Part shown: piece by piece, positions 31,901-42,006 of the stretch
How the letters are laid out: each line of letters opens with the position of its first letter
Position numbering within the stretch: the first letter of the stretch is position 1
Origin: an uncultured delta proteobacterium
GTDB lineage: Bacteria > Myxococcota > Myxococcia > Myxococcales > Myxococcaceae
Direction: 5' to 3'
Length of the DNA stretch: 64,000 nt
NCBI GenBank assembly: GCA_963771175.1
Contig: CAVYSY010000033.1
Location: forward strand, 288,001-352,000
Translations under genes and position numbers: made by a program
Notes under the pieces: generated by a model
Told to the model about the DNA's origin: nothing
Databases searched by the model: none
The model's input: the letters and a program-made list of their open reading frames with translations, nothing else

Positions 31901-34651
31901 TCCTCACCGGACTCCTCGTCGTAGAAGTAGCCGTACTCCTCGTCCAGCCGCAGGTACTCCACCTCGAGGGGCTTGAGCGCCTTGCCGTACGCGGCGCCCT
32001 GCCAGTCCACCACCACGCCGGAGACGGTGAAGGGCTGGTTCGCCTTCACCTTGTCCACGTTGGCCTGGAGGCCCACGTAGTACGCCTCCGGGTGCACGGG
32101 CACGGTGGCCTCGCCGAGGGTGGAGCGGCCACTGCCGGCCTCGAAGACGCTGGCCTGCGCCACCAGCTTCGCCGGGCCCTTGAAGCCGCCCGCGTCCTGC
32201 TGGGCCGGGCAGCGCAGCAGCGTGCGCCCCTTCGTGTCCAGCTCGCCCTTCACCTGCCCCAGCACGGAGGCCTTCGCGTCCGAGCCGCTCGGGCGCCACA
32301 CGCCGTAGGCGTACTGGGCATTCTCCTTCGGGCGGAAGACGGACGGCTCCAGCCGGCACGTCACCTCCACCGGACTGCTCTCCGCCGAGCCGCCGAAGAG
32401 GTAGGCCGCCTCCACCGTCACCGGCACCTCCTCGCCCTGCACGTAGCCGGGCTTCTCGGCGCGGGCCGTCACCTTCATGCGCTCGGGGACGAACTCCTCC
32501 ACGTTGAGGCCGTACGAGGCCACCTGATTCTGGGCCACGCTCAGCACCACGCGGTAGGCGCCCGTGTCCTGGTAGGCCTCGAAGGGCACGTCCAGCGACA
32601 CCAGGCCCGCCTCGTTCGTCTTCAGCGTCACCTTCTTCAAGTCTCGCTCGCGCGGGTCCACCACCTTCAGCTCCACCGGCATTCCCTCCGGCGGGGCCAT
32701 GTCGTCCTGGCCGCGCAGCACGGCGACCACATGCGCGGTGTCACCCGGGCGGTACACGCCCCGGTCCGAGTAGAGCGAGGCTCGGTAGGGCTTCTCGGAG
32801 CGGTACGGCTCGCCCTGCACGTCCGAGTTGGCGATGTCCGTCTTCAGCTCGCTGTACTTGAGGTAGGTGAAGTCCTCGCCCTTGCGAGCGATGAGGGCGA
32901 AGGGCTCGGCGGTGTCCTCGCCCGGGGCGGGCACCGTCAGCTTGCAGCCCTCGGCGCCGCCGGTGGTGCAGCGGGCCACCGACTGGCCGCTCTTCTTCAC
33001 CAGGGACACTTCCACGCCCGGACAGCGGCTCGGTGCTCTCCATGCCGAGCGCCCACACCCATACCTCCTCCTTCGCCTCCGAGCCCTTCGGGGCCGCGCC
33101 GCGCTTGGCCACGAGGCTCAGGTCCGTGAGGAGGATGCGCGAGGCGGCCGACTTGTAGCCGCCCGAGGCGGTGAGCTCCACCACGCCCCGGGTGCTGGCG
33201 GGCACGAGGCTCCCCACGTCCAGGTAGGTGGTGGACAGCGTGTCCTGCGCGCCCCGCAGGGGCAGCGTCTTGCGCAACAGCACGTTGGAGGTGCGCTCGT
33301 CGGCGGCCTCCTGGCCGTCGTTGCTCATCCAGAAGATGAGGTTCTCCTGGGGCACGTGGCGCACCACCAGGTCCACCCCGTCCAGGTTGAGGTGGTTGAG
33401 GGGCAGGTTGCGCCAGGCGCTGCGCGGCAGGTAGCGGCCGGTGGTGGCGAAGCTGAGCTGCGGGCTGCGCGCGGAGACGGAGAAGGACGCCTCGTAGGTG
33501 GAGAGCAGCGTGCCGCCCGTCGTCGAGCTGGCGCCCGCGTCGATGCGCATGGCGTAGGAGCCGCGCTTGAAGTCACCGAAGACGCGGAAGCCCCAGCGCG
33601 AGGGCGACACGGAGAACTTCACCGGCGGGTTGAAGTGGATGGCGTCCGCGGCCACGTCGTCGTCGAGGCTGCAGCGGTTACCGCGATTGCCGTAGTACTC
33701 GTAATCCTCCTCGCCCTCGGCCGCGCTGGGCGCTTCGTCACCGCCGACCTCGCGGCAGCGGACTTCCACGTAGTGACCGGTGGAGCCCTCCTGCACGTAG
33801 GCGTTGGTGATGTCGAGGCGCTTGCCCACGAGCAGCTTGAAGGAGCCCTCGCCCGCGGCGGCGGTGGCGGCGTTGCGGCCGGCGGAGGACAGGCCCGACT
33901 TGAGGGTGAAGCGCACCTCGGAGCCCGGCCTGAGACTCGAGCCCCCGAGGGCGGCGGTGACGATGTGGCGCTCCGTGGGGTGGGAGCGCAGCTTCACGTC
34001 GGACAGCGACTTGCCGTCCACGGAGAAGGCGGCGAACCGGCGCACGGCGGCCACGTCCACGGGACCGGAGAAGACGAGGTCCGCCTCCACCTTGCCCTTG
34101 CGCACGTCCATCTGCCGGGGCGAGAGGCGCAGGAAGGAGAAGGCCGACGTGGTGAAGGAGCGGCTCCACTCGCCCGAGGACTTGGGCTTCAGCACGGAGC
34201 CATCACCCAGCTCCAGCGCTTCGAGGGTGACGGTGTACTGGGTATTGAAGGCGAAGCTCTCGCGCGGGGTGAAGACGAGCGTGGAGGGGCTGCGGAAGAG
34301 CAGCGCGCCCGGCACGTCCGGCGACACCGTGACGACGGTGCCCTTCTTCACCTCGTTGCCCTCGGGCGCCACGGCGCGAGGGAACTCCAGCACCACCTCG
34401 CGCGGCACCATGCCCTCGGAGCCGAGCTCACGGATGACGGGGTCGACGGACTCGGCCGAGAGCGGCGCCGGGCTCGTGGCGGACGAGCCGCTGGCCGAGG
34501 AGCCCGCGGTGGAAGTGCCGGACGAGTCCGGAGTGCTCTTGGACTCGTCCTTCTTGCAGCCGGCGAGTGCGCCCACCAGCAGCGCCGCCAGCACCCAGCG
34601 CGCCTTGAGCGAGCGGGACGGCAACGGCATTGGAACTGACCGCGGACCCAT
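28937..34651 (-). CDS. Bacterial alpha-2-macroglobulin lipoprotein, YfhM-like (frameshifts near 31280, 31795, 33020)
   Basis: GGAGG RBS before ATG 34651; lipobox ALAGC; TDLSL, YSDRGVYRPGD, VEEFVPER, AVVDEGIL, thioester YPHGCIEQ, EAMYDP. Confidence 0.92.
28940..28967 (+). repeat. 28-bp direct repeat, copy 2 (last codons SGPWADFLL of A2M)
   Basis: Identical to 23332-23359. Confidence 0.93.
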
Positions 34652-34872
34652 GGTTCCTCCGAGAAGATGACTCGGGTTGTTCATGAGCATCCCCCCCGAG
34701 CGAAATCGCGGGCGACGCTAGGGCGGCTCGCGGGCGGCGGTCAACGCTGGGGACTCGGAGTCACCCACTGAGGGTCAGCGCACCGGCCCGGCTTCCCGCA
34801 TGTGACTCGAAGCGTCCCCCCTCCTCCGGTGGCCCATGAGGTAAGCTGGCGGGGCTCGGAGGTCCAGCACCC

Positions 34873-35934
34873 GTGCCCCTCGCCAACGCAGGCCTCGCCC
34901 ACATCCCCCCTGAAGCCCTCCTGGTCCTCGCGCCCCTGCTGCTGCTCTGGAAGCGGACGCATCGGGTCCTCTTCCGCCTCACGGCCTGGTGCTGCGACTG
35001 GGGTGCCTTCCGCGCCACGCGCGCCCTCGCTGGCTTCCTGGAGATGCTCCCCCTCGCGGATTGGATGCGCTCCCCGCTGTGGCGCCTGAAGCTCTACGCG
35101 CTCTCGGCACTGGGAGAGACCGAGGCGGCCGTCGCGGGCGCTCGCAGCATCGCGAGCCATGCCAGCGCCGACGCCTGCGCGCCTTGCGCCAACTGCGCGA
35201 TCAACCTCTTCATCAACGCGGGCCTCTACCGGGAGGCGCTCGCCATCGAACGGGACTGGCAGGGCCCATCCCATCCCGACGAGCCGTGGATGGCGCGGGA
35301 GTGGACCCTGGTGCGCTTCAACCTCGTCGAGGCCGTCTACAACCTCGGCGGCTGGGAGGCCGCCCGTGCGCGCCTCGCCGCCCTGGAGGAGCCGGCACGC
35401 GCGTACCCCTACCTCTGGAATTTCTTCCCCATTCAACGGGCGTGGATCCTCGCGCACACCGGGCACGGCGAGGAGGCGCTCCGCGCACTGGAACAGGTGG
35501 ACTGGCGGCGCATCTCCCGGGTGTACCGCAGCGAATTCTTCTTCACCCGCGCCGCGGCGCTGCTGGCGCTCCACCGGTACGACGAGGCGCGACGGGCGGC
35601 GGTGGAGGGGCTGGAGCGCGCGCGCCGGGACTCCAGCGCGAGAAACGGGCTGTTCCTGCTCGGGAGGATCGTCCTGGCGGCGGGACGTCTGGAAGAGGCA
35701 CTGCGCTTCTTCGAGGCCGGCGCCTCCCACCCCACCTACAAGGGCCAGGGCGGAGACGCACTGCTGGCGTGGGGAGACTGCCTCGAGAAGCTCGGTCGCC
35801 ATGACGAGGCCCGCGTGGCGTGGGGGCTCGTCCTGGAGCGCGACAAGCAGAGCGGCGCGGCCTGGGAGGCGACCTCGCGGCTGGGTTCCACCGCCCCCGG
35901 CGCGGTCCCGAGGACGCCGGGCAGGACCGGGTAG
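34873..35934 (+). CDS. Tetratricopeptide repeat protein
   Basis: Repeated helical TPR-like units (LGRIVLAAGRLEEALRFFE; WGDCLEKLGRHDEARVAW). Confidence 0.65.
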   Translation: MPLANAGLAHIPPEALLVLAPLLLLWKRTHRVLFRLTAWCCDWGAFRATRALAGFLEMLPLADWMRSPLWRLKLYALSALGETEAAVAGARSIASHASADACAPCANCAINLFINAGLYREALAIERDWQGPSHPDEPWMAREWTLVRFNLVEAVYNLGGWEAARARLAALEEPARAYPYLWNFFPIQRAWILAHTGHGEEALRALEQVDWRRISRVYRSEFFFTRAAALLALHRYDEARRAAVEGLERARRDSSARNGLFLLGRIVLAAGRLEEALRFFEAGASHPTYKGQGGDALLAWGDCLEKLGRHDEARVAWGLVLERDKQSGAAWEATSRLGSTAPGAVPRTPGRTG

Positions 35935-35960
35935 CCGAGTGCCGCGCACGGGGCAGGACG

Positions 35961-36890
35961 TCACCCGCCTCCACGGGCCGGCTCGGGAGCCGTGCCCCAC
36001 TGCTCCGGCGAGTACAGGCACACCCCGTTGCCCTCACCGTCCGTGCCCACACAGAACTTGAGCGCCCCGCAGGAGCCGGGCTGTTGCGTGGAGCAGCGGC
36101 GGCGGCAACGGCCTTCGTGGCAACGGAAGTCTTCCGGGCAGGCCTCGTCCCCCTCCCTCCCACAGGGTTGGACGCAGGACCTCCAGCCCTCGCCCACGAC
36201 GGCGAGAATCGTCTCCGTCTCGCACACCTTGTTCCCGGGACAGGGCTTCTCGTGACAACGGCGCCCCATGACGCTGGCGCATACCGACACGCCCCCCGCG
36301 CGCCGGACGCACTGCTGCCCCTCGGGGCACGCGCGGCCCTCGCACGAGGGCTGGCACACCGGCCCGTCCGGGTCCCCGCGAGCGCAGAAGAAGCCCTCCG
36401 GGCACGTCCCCTCCTTCCCGGGCACGCACCTCCGGCCGCACCACCCGGCAAGCCCGCAGACGAGCCCCTCCCCACAGGCCCATTCCCTCTGGGGTGACAG
36501 CGGCCACCGGAGGCACTGCGCTCCCTCCTCGCGCGTCCCCTCGAAGACACACGCACGCAGCGCCACCCGTTGCCCCGGCAGGGGCATGGACCGGCAGACT
36601 CCATACGGAGAGCACCACTCGTCCGACTCGCACCCCGAGGTCGTGCACCACCGTTGCTGGAAGCGCGGATCGAGAAAGCAGATGAGCCCTGGATCGCACT
36701 GCGCGTCCTCCCGGCAGGGCTGACGGAGGGTGCGCAGGTCGCGAACCTCACCTGGCGACAACCAGGGGATGAAGCGCCAGCCCTCGACCTCCCGCTCCGG
36801 GGGCGCCCGCAGCCAGAGGACGACGAGCAGCATCGCCGGGAGCACCAGCAGCGACCCGGCGAGGACCCCCCACACGACTCTCCACTTCAT
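35961..36890 (-). CDS. Membrane-anchored cysteine-rich repeat protein
   Basis: N-terminal TM helix followed by many CPEGxxC / CxxDxxC modules. Confidence 0.7.
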   Translation of the reverse strand: MKWRVVWGVLAGSLLVLPAMLLVVLWLRAPPEREVEGWRFIPWLSPGEVRDLRTLRQPCREDAQCDPGLICFLDPRFQQRWCTTSGCESDEWCSPYGVCRSMPLPGQRVALRACVFEGTREEGAQCLRWPLSPQREWACGEGLVCGLAGWCGRRCVPGKEGTCPEGFFCARGDPDGPVCQPSCEGRACPEGQQCVRRAGGVSVCASVMGRRCHEKPCPGNKVCETETILAVVGEGWRSCVQPCGREGDEACPEDFRCHEGRCRRRCSTQQPGSCGALKFCVGTDGEGNGVCLYSPEQWGTAPEPARGGG

Positions 36891-37009
36891 GGCGCGCGAG
36901 CCCCTCCGTGCTCCCACCTGCCCGGGTACATGGTGCGGGCCATGCTACCCGCGAGGTCAGCCCGCCGCACGACTTCATCCACCACCAACACCGAAGGTAA
37001 CGTGCGCCC

Positions 37010-37909
37010 ATGCCTTCGCGGAAGATTCGTCTCTCGCCCCAGCGGCGCCGGGCCGCGCTCTCGTTCCTGCTCGCCCTGCTGGCCAGCGTCAGCACCGGCG
37101 GCTGCTATGCCTCGACCGAATGCACCGCGGCGGATACCACCCATTCCTGCTGTTTGAAGAATCACCGGTTGGACCCCTGGTTCTGTGATGGGCTCGAAGG
37201 GGCGGAGGCGGCCACGAGCTTCCGAGAGCCCGCCACCCTCACGCAACAGGGTGCGGCACTGAGCACCAAGGAGGTAGCGGCCATCACCGGAGCCGCGGTG
37301 GGCGGCGCCATCTTCATCCTGATCCAGGGCGATGACGACCAACTCGATGAGCTCCAGGACGAGTTGGACCCACTGATGGAGGAGTGCGCCAGGCGCGCGG
37401 AGCAAACAGTCAACCGCCTGCGCTTGGGAGGCAAGATCCTCGGCCCGGACGAGTGCAACGAGCAGGTGGGTGTGGATAAGAATGGGAAGCCCGTGACACG
37501 AGCCATGGCCCTGGGCAACGAGAAACACGAAAAAGCCTTCGCGTGTGTCGAGGAGACGCTGGGAAGGAGCATCCCCGGATACTTCGTCATCGAGCAGCGC
37601 TATCGCTTCAACAGCAAGACGAGACAGTACGAGCCCATCAGCAAGGAAGAAGTCGAGCGACTCGTGCGGACAGGCCGGACGAAGGAGCTCACGGGCAGTC
37701 TGGAGCCCGATTTGGTCATCCACGCAGGAACCCCCACACACATACGCTTCATCTACGACTTCAAGTTCCCCTGCGCCCAAGACAAGCTTCCGACATGGAG
37801 GGCTTATTCGCGAGGTCCTCATCGGGATCATACCCAAGGGGAAACGTACCAGAAGTCCTTCGGCGTAAAACCAGCTCGGGTGTCGCCAAAAGACGGAGTC
37901 ATTCGATGA
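37010..37909 (+). CDS. Putative lipoprotein polymorphic toxin with PD-(D/E)xK-like nuclease C-terminus
   Basis: Basic plus hydrophobic signal ending TGGC; C..CC..C cluster; LGNEKH, EQRY, EPDLVIH, YDFKFPC; ATGA-coupled to the next gene. Confidence 0.6.
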   Translation: MPSRKIRLSPQRRRAALSFLLALLASVSTGGCYASTECTAADTTHSCCLKNHRLDPWFCDGLEGAEAATSFREPATLTQQGAALSTKEVAAITGAAVGGAIFILIQGDDDQLDELQDELDPLMEECARRAEQTVNRLRLGGKILGPDECNEQVGVDKNGKPVTRAMALGNEKHEKAFACVEETLGRSIPGYFVIEQRYRFNSKTRQYEPISKEEVERLVRTGRTKELTGSLEPDLVIHAGTPTHIRFIYDFKFPCAQDKLPTWRAYSRGPHRDHTQGETYQKSFGVKPARVSPKDGVIR

Positions 37910-38850
37910 GCGAGCACTACCCGCGAGTCCGCCAGTACTCGGAAGATGGACTGCTGACTTTACGCGATGGGCTCATCATCTGCTTCTTCATGCGGCGCCC
38001 ACACGGAGAAATCGGACCAGCCGTCACGCGCGCCCTGGACCTCTATCTCGATGCGATAGGACCCGAGAAGCTGGGCTGGTACGTGGACCTTCAAAGCGAC
38101 TATGACCCCGAGGAGTACAAGGGTGTGGAAGCGGAAATGCGTCCTCTGGACGGCAAGTGGTGGGCAAAGGCTCGCGCCGACCTGAGCGACCCCACCAGCT
38201 GCATCCTCCAACTGGAGGAGCATGCCGATCAGGTGGGGGGATTTCATTTCGAGTATTACGGCAGGCAGCCCGAAACGCTCAACACGCCCACACAGCAGGA
38301 CGTCGTGAGCGCGGTGTCGTTCTGGCTTCCCACGGAGTACCTGGAAGAGCAAGGTCCCGCGCGCGTCAGGGAACTGGCCACCGCAATGGCTCGCGAGCTC
38401 CCCCTCAACTCCGGCTATGTCAGTCTTGCCTTCAACTACCTCGTGCGCTTCAAGGCGGTCGTCCAGGCAGTACACGAGAAGTGCTTCCGCTACCCGGGCC
38501 TGGATGTGCATGACCTGAGCGAAGCGTCCATGGAAACAGGCACGCGGGTGCGAGGGGCCTACTGGCTGAATTTCTACGGGCAGCCGCTGCTCGGGCAACT
38601 CGGAGGCGCGAAAGGTCTTCGCCAGCAGCTCGAATCCCGCGAGGTAGCTGTCGAGACAGTGGGAGAAGAAAAGGTATTGGTCGCCCTGGGAGAATGGCCG
38701 GATTCGGGAGACGTGGAGCGCAAGAGCGAGCTGCGTCCGTATCGTGCCCTGGCTCGGGTTCTGGAGCCGCACCTGTACGAGGAGCGCCACCGCTGGTTCG
38801 GCTTTTCTCGGGAACAACTCCGTCGCTGGCAGCGCCGCTTCCTCGATTGA
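37906..38850 (+). CDS. Putative immunity protein (DUF3396 / TsiV-like)
   Basis: ATGA overlap with the toxin; SFWLPTEYLEE, SGYVSLAFN, RYPGLDV, GAYWLNFYG, YRALARVLEP, WQRRFLD pattern recalled for this family. Confidence 0.7.
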   Translation: MSEHYPRVRQYSEDGLLTLRDGLIICFFMRRPHGEIGPAVTRALDLYLDAIGPEKLGWYVDLQSDYDPEEYKGVEAEMRPLDGKWWAKARADLSDPTSCILQLEEHADQVGGFHFEYYGRQPETLNTPTQQDVVSAVSFWLPTEYLEEQGPARVRELATAMARELPLNSGYVSLAFNYLVRFKAVVQAVHEKCFRYPGLDVHDLSEASMETGTRVRGAYWLNFYGQPLLGQLGGAKGLRQQLESREVAVETVGEEKVLVALGEWPDSGDVERKSELRPYRALARVLEPHLYEERHRWFGFSREQLRRWQRRFLD

Positions 38851-38931
38851 GGAGCGCTGACCTTCCAGGCGCCATTCCTCCCAACACGCGCCCTGCTCGT
38901 TCCCGCGGAAATGCGGCCCAGTCGCCGCTCA

Positions 38932-38994
38932 CTTGTAGACGTCTACAAGCAATGTGCGACAAAACCACACACCGCTTGTAGATATCTACAAGCG
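38932..38994. repeat. Two tandem perfect palindromes (operator-like)
   Basis: cttgtagacgtctacaag (38932-38949) and cgcttgtagatatctacaagcg (38973-38994). Confidence 0.85.
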
Positions 38995-39068
38995 ACACCC
39001 GGGGCGCGCGTCAAAACGGCTGGAGGCAGCCCGACGGCCCTCGCAAGCCACGGTAAGGTGCGCGGCCG

Positions 39069-39785
39069 ATGCCTCTGCCCATCCGACTGGTGTTGCTACG
39101 CCCGCGCAACGCGGAGAACCTGGGTGCCGCCGCCCGGGCCATGAAGAACTGCGGGCTGTCCGAGTGGACCTGGGTCCACCCCGAGGCCGAGGACCTCGCC
39201 CCCGCGCGCCGGCTCGCCGTCCACGCCGAGGACGTGCTGCGGGCCGCTGGCCGCGCGGACTCGCTCGATGCGGCCGTGGCCGACTGCGTGTGGGTGGTGG
39301 GCACCAGCTCGCGCAAGGTGGAGGGCAAGCGGCGGCTGTCCCCCCGGGCCGTGGCGGAGGAGATGGTGCAGCGCGCCGCCCAGGGCCCAGTGGCGCTCGT
39401 CTTCGGGGATGAGCGCAGCGGGCTCACCAACGCCGAGGTCGAGCGGTGTCACGACCTGTCCGCCGTGCCCACCGCTCCCGAGCAGCCCTCCATCAACCTC
39501 GCCCAGGCCGTGCTGCTGTACGCCTACGAGCTCCGGATGGCCACGCTCGCCGCCGAGCCCCACCCGCCGGCTCCCCTCCCCGTCGCGGCCACCGACTCCG
39601 AGCTGTCCCAGGTGGAGTCCGCCCTGGAGGACGCCCTCGTCACCGGCGGGTTCCTCGTGGACAAGCACAGCGGGCGCACCGGGCTGCGCGACCTGTTCGC
39701 CCCGCTCCGCCGCTCCCGGCTCACGCGCAAGGAGGCGAGGCTGTGGCTCGCCGCCCTGCACACCCTGGCCAAGAAGCTGCGCTGA
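39069..39785 (+). CDS. TrmH/TrmJ-family SPOUT RNA methyltransferase
   Basis: ENLGAAARAMKNCG, VFGDERSGL, SINLAQAV. Confidence 0.88.
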   Translation: MPLPIRLVLLRPRNAENLGAAARAMKNCGLSEWTWVHPEAEDLAPARRLAVHAEDVLRAAGRADSLDAAVADCVWVVGTSSRKVEGKRRLSPRAVAEEMVQRAAQGPVALVFGDERSGLTNAEVERCHDLSAVPTAPEQPSINLAQAVLLYAYELRMATLAAEPHPPAPLPVAATDSELSQVESALEDALVTGGFLVDKHSGRTGLRDLFAPLRRSRLTRKEARLWLAALHTLAKKLR

Positions 39786-39788
39786 GTC

Positions 39789-40774
39789 TCAACGCGCGGC
39801 GCCCAGCAGCCGGTTCATCAGCTTCGGGTCCTCCGGCAGCAGCCCCGACCTCGGGAGCCGCTTCAGCAGCTCCTTCCAGCGCGGGTCCGCCTTGTACGTC
39901 TTCTGGAGGAGCGGCAGCGCCTCGTCCACCTTCCCCACGTTGACGAGCGACACCGCGTGCCAGAACACCATCTCCGCGTTGCCCGGCGCCAGCGCCTCGG
40001 CCGAGGAGTAGGCCTTCAGCGCCTCGTCCGTGTCGTTGCGCTCGATGGCCAGGTCGCCCTCGTTCATCAGGTTGTAGGCGCGCTGCAGCGTCACCAGCCG
40101 GCGCAGTTCCTTGAGTGGCACCGGGTGGTCCTCCACCCGCAGGTCGAACCTGCGGTCCGCCCAGGGACGCCCCGTGGACTTGCCGGACACCACGATGAGC
40201 GCCGCGGACTGCTTGCCCCGGATGTCACCGCCCTGCGCCTCCGCGGCCTCGAGCGCCGCCAGCATCCGCTCGGCCAGGTCGCCCTTCGCCTCCCGGTAGG
40301 CCCGCGCCATCGCCGGCCACACGGTGTCCTTCTCCATCATGTTCGCCTGCACGGAGAAGTTCTCTCCGATGCTGTGGCCCGCGGCGGCGATGCACTTGTC
40401 CCCCGTGTGGGCCGCCACCCGGCCCTGCGCATCGATCATCGCCACCTGCCGCACCTGACTGGCGGAGTCGGCGGCCAGCAGTCCGGCGAGGGCCTCGGAG
40501 GCGCTGCGACCCGCGCGCATCAGCTCCAGACCGAGCTTCCCGTAGGACGGGTCCACGAAGGACTGGGTGGCCACCGCGCCCACGCCCGCCTCCGCCCAGG
40601 GCACCGCCGAGCCCACCGAGAACCAGTGGGACTGCACCGCCACGCCCAGCTCACCCGTCTCGGGATCTCGCGCGACGATGGAGTAGGTGTGGACGGGCCG
40701 CCGGGGGCGGGGGCCGGCTCGGCGGCGAGCACCGGCACGGCGAGCAGGACGAGCAGCAGGACGGAACGCACCAT
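39789..40774 (-). CDS. DUF1028 (Ntn-hydrolase-like) protein with C-terminal TPR (frameshift near 40710)
   Basis: Signal peptide MVRSVLLLVLLAVPVLA, then TYSIVARDP, GVGAVATQS, GGDIRGKQSAAL, DLRVEDH. Confidence 0.85.
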
Positions 40775-40935
40775 GGATCCTCCGGAGAGCGGGGCCGGGG
40801 AGCCTGAGCGAGCGGGCACTCGCCTGCAAGCCCACTCCCGCCCGAGCGCCGGGCAAGCGGGGAGGAGAGGCCCGCCGTGCTCCGCGCCGCCGGTCGCTAC
40901 CTTCTCCAGGGAGTCCAATGCGGAAGGAGCTGACC

Positions 40936-41157
40936 ATGTGGCACATGCCCTACGAGCGGATGGCCGTCGGTGACGAGGCCGATGACACCCCGGACAATTA
41001 CGCCCAGCGGGAGGCACCGCCCCAGGGCGAGCCCGGACGCACGCCCGGCCAGGCCGAAGGCGCCGACGGCGAAGAGCGAAAGATGCCCCAAGGCGAGCCC
41101 GGCCCGACGCCCGGCTCGGCCGAGGGTGGTGGTCTCGATGAACCCTCGCGGCATTGA
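40936..41157 (+). CDS. Small acidic protein with two PQGEPGxTPGxAEG repeats
   Basis: AAGGAG RBS before ATG 40936; internal repeat. Confidence 0.55.
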   Translation: MWHMPYERMAVGDEADDTPDNYAQREAPPQGEPGRTPGQAEGADGEERKMPQGEPGPTPGSAEGGGLDEPSRH

Positions 41158-41184
41158 CGCACGACCGTTACAGTGGCCCGAGCC

Positions 41185-42006
41185 ATGTCTCACAAGCCAC
41201 CCCCCCGCAGGTCGTCCTCGCCGCCCCCCTCCGCCAAACACGTTCACCCCGGGAGGTGGGAGGGCAAGCCCAAGCCGGACTGGCTGTCGCGCGCGCTCGC
41301 TCGGGCCGGGGTGCTGGCGAAAGAGGATGCCGAGGAGGCCATCCAGGCGGGCCGCGTCTCGGTGAACGGGCGGGTGGTGAAGCATCCCCTCGCCCCGGTG
41401 CCGCCAGGGGCCAGCGTGCGCCTGGACGGCCTCCCCGTGTCGCTCGAGGCCCCCACCCGGGTGCTGGCCTTCCACAAGCCGGCGGAGCTCCTCACCTCCA
41501 CCGTGAGCCAGCACAAGGTGGGCACCGTCTATGAGGTGCTCCTGCCCCAACTGCCTCCAGAGCTGGCCGGCTACACCTGGCACGCGGTGGGCCGCCTGGA
41601 CCGGGGCACCACCGGGCTGCTCCTCTTCACCAATGACGACAAGCTGGTGACGCACGCGACGTCGCCCGAGACGCTCCTGCCCAAGCGCTACGTGGCCACC
41701 GTCTTCAGCGAGGCGGACGAGGAGAAGGTGGAGCCGCTACGCCAGGGCCTGCAATTGGAGGACGGCCCGACCCGGCCCGCACAGGTGCGGGTGCGCGACG
41801 CGCACACCGTGGAGGTCACGGTCACCGAGGGCCGCAACCACCAGGTGAAGCGGATGCTGGGGGCGGTGGGGCTGCCGGTGCGCGCCCTGCACCGCGAGGC
41901 GGTGGGCGGGGTGGAGCTGGACGTGCCCGAGGGCTCCTTCCGGCTCCTCACCGATAAAGAGGTGGCCGAGGGCCTCCACTACGGCCCCGCCACCTCGGGC
42001 TCATGA
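41185..42006 (+). CDS. RsuA/RluB-family pseudouridine synthase
   Basis: S4-like N-terminus, FHKP, VGRLD catalytic motif, EGRNHQVKRM. Confidence 0.9.
   Translation: MSHKPPPRRSSSPPPSAKHVHPGRWEGKPKPDWLSRALARAGVLAKEDAEEAIQAGRVSVNGRVVKHPLAPVPPGASVRLDGLPVSLEAPTRVLAFHKPAELLTSTVSQHKVGTVYEVLLPQLPPELAGYTWHAVGRLDRGTTGLLLFTNDDKLVTHATSPETLLPKRYVATVFSEADEEKVEPLRQGLQLEDGPTRPAQVRVRDAHTVEVTVTEGRNHQVKRMLGAVGLPVRALHREAVGGVELDVPEGSFRLLTDKEVAEGLHYGPATSGS

Noticed and set aside
23588..34651. Programmed frameshifting or phase variation in the kinase and A2M genes
   Set aside because: No clear slippery sites or long homopolymers at the shifts, and similar indels occur throughout the window
38932..38994. Mini CRISPR array (TCTAC/GTAGA recalls Cas12a repeats)
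   Set aside because: Only two units, each a loopless perfect palindrome of 18-22 bp, and no cas genes in the window
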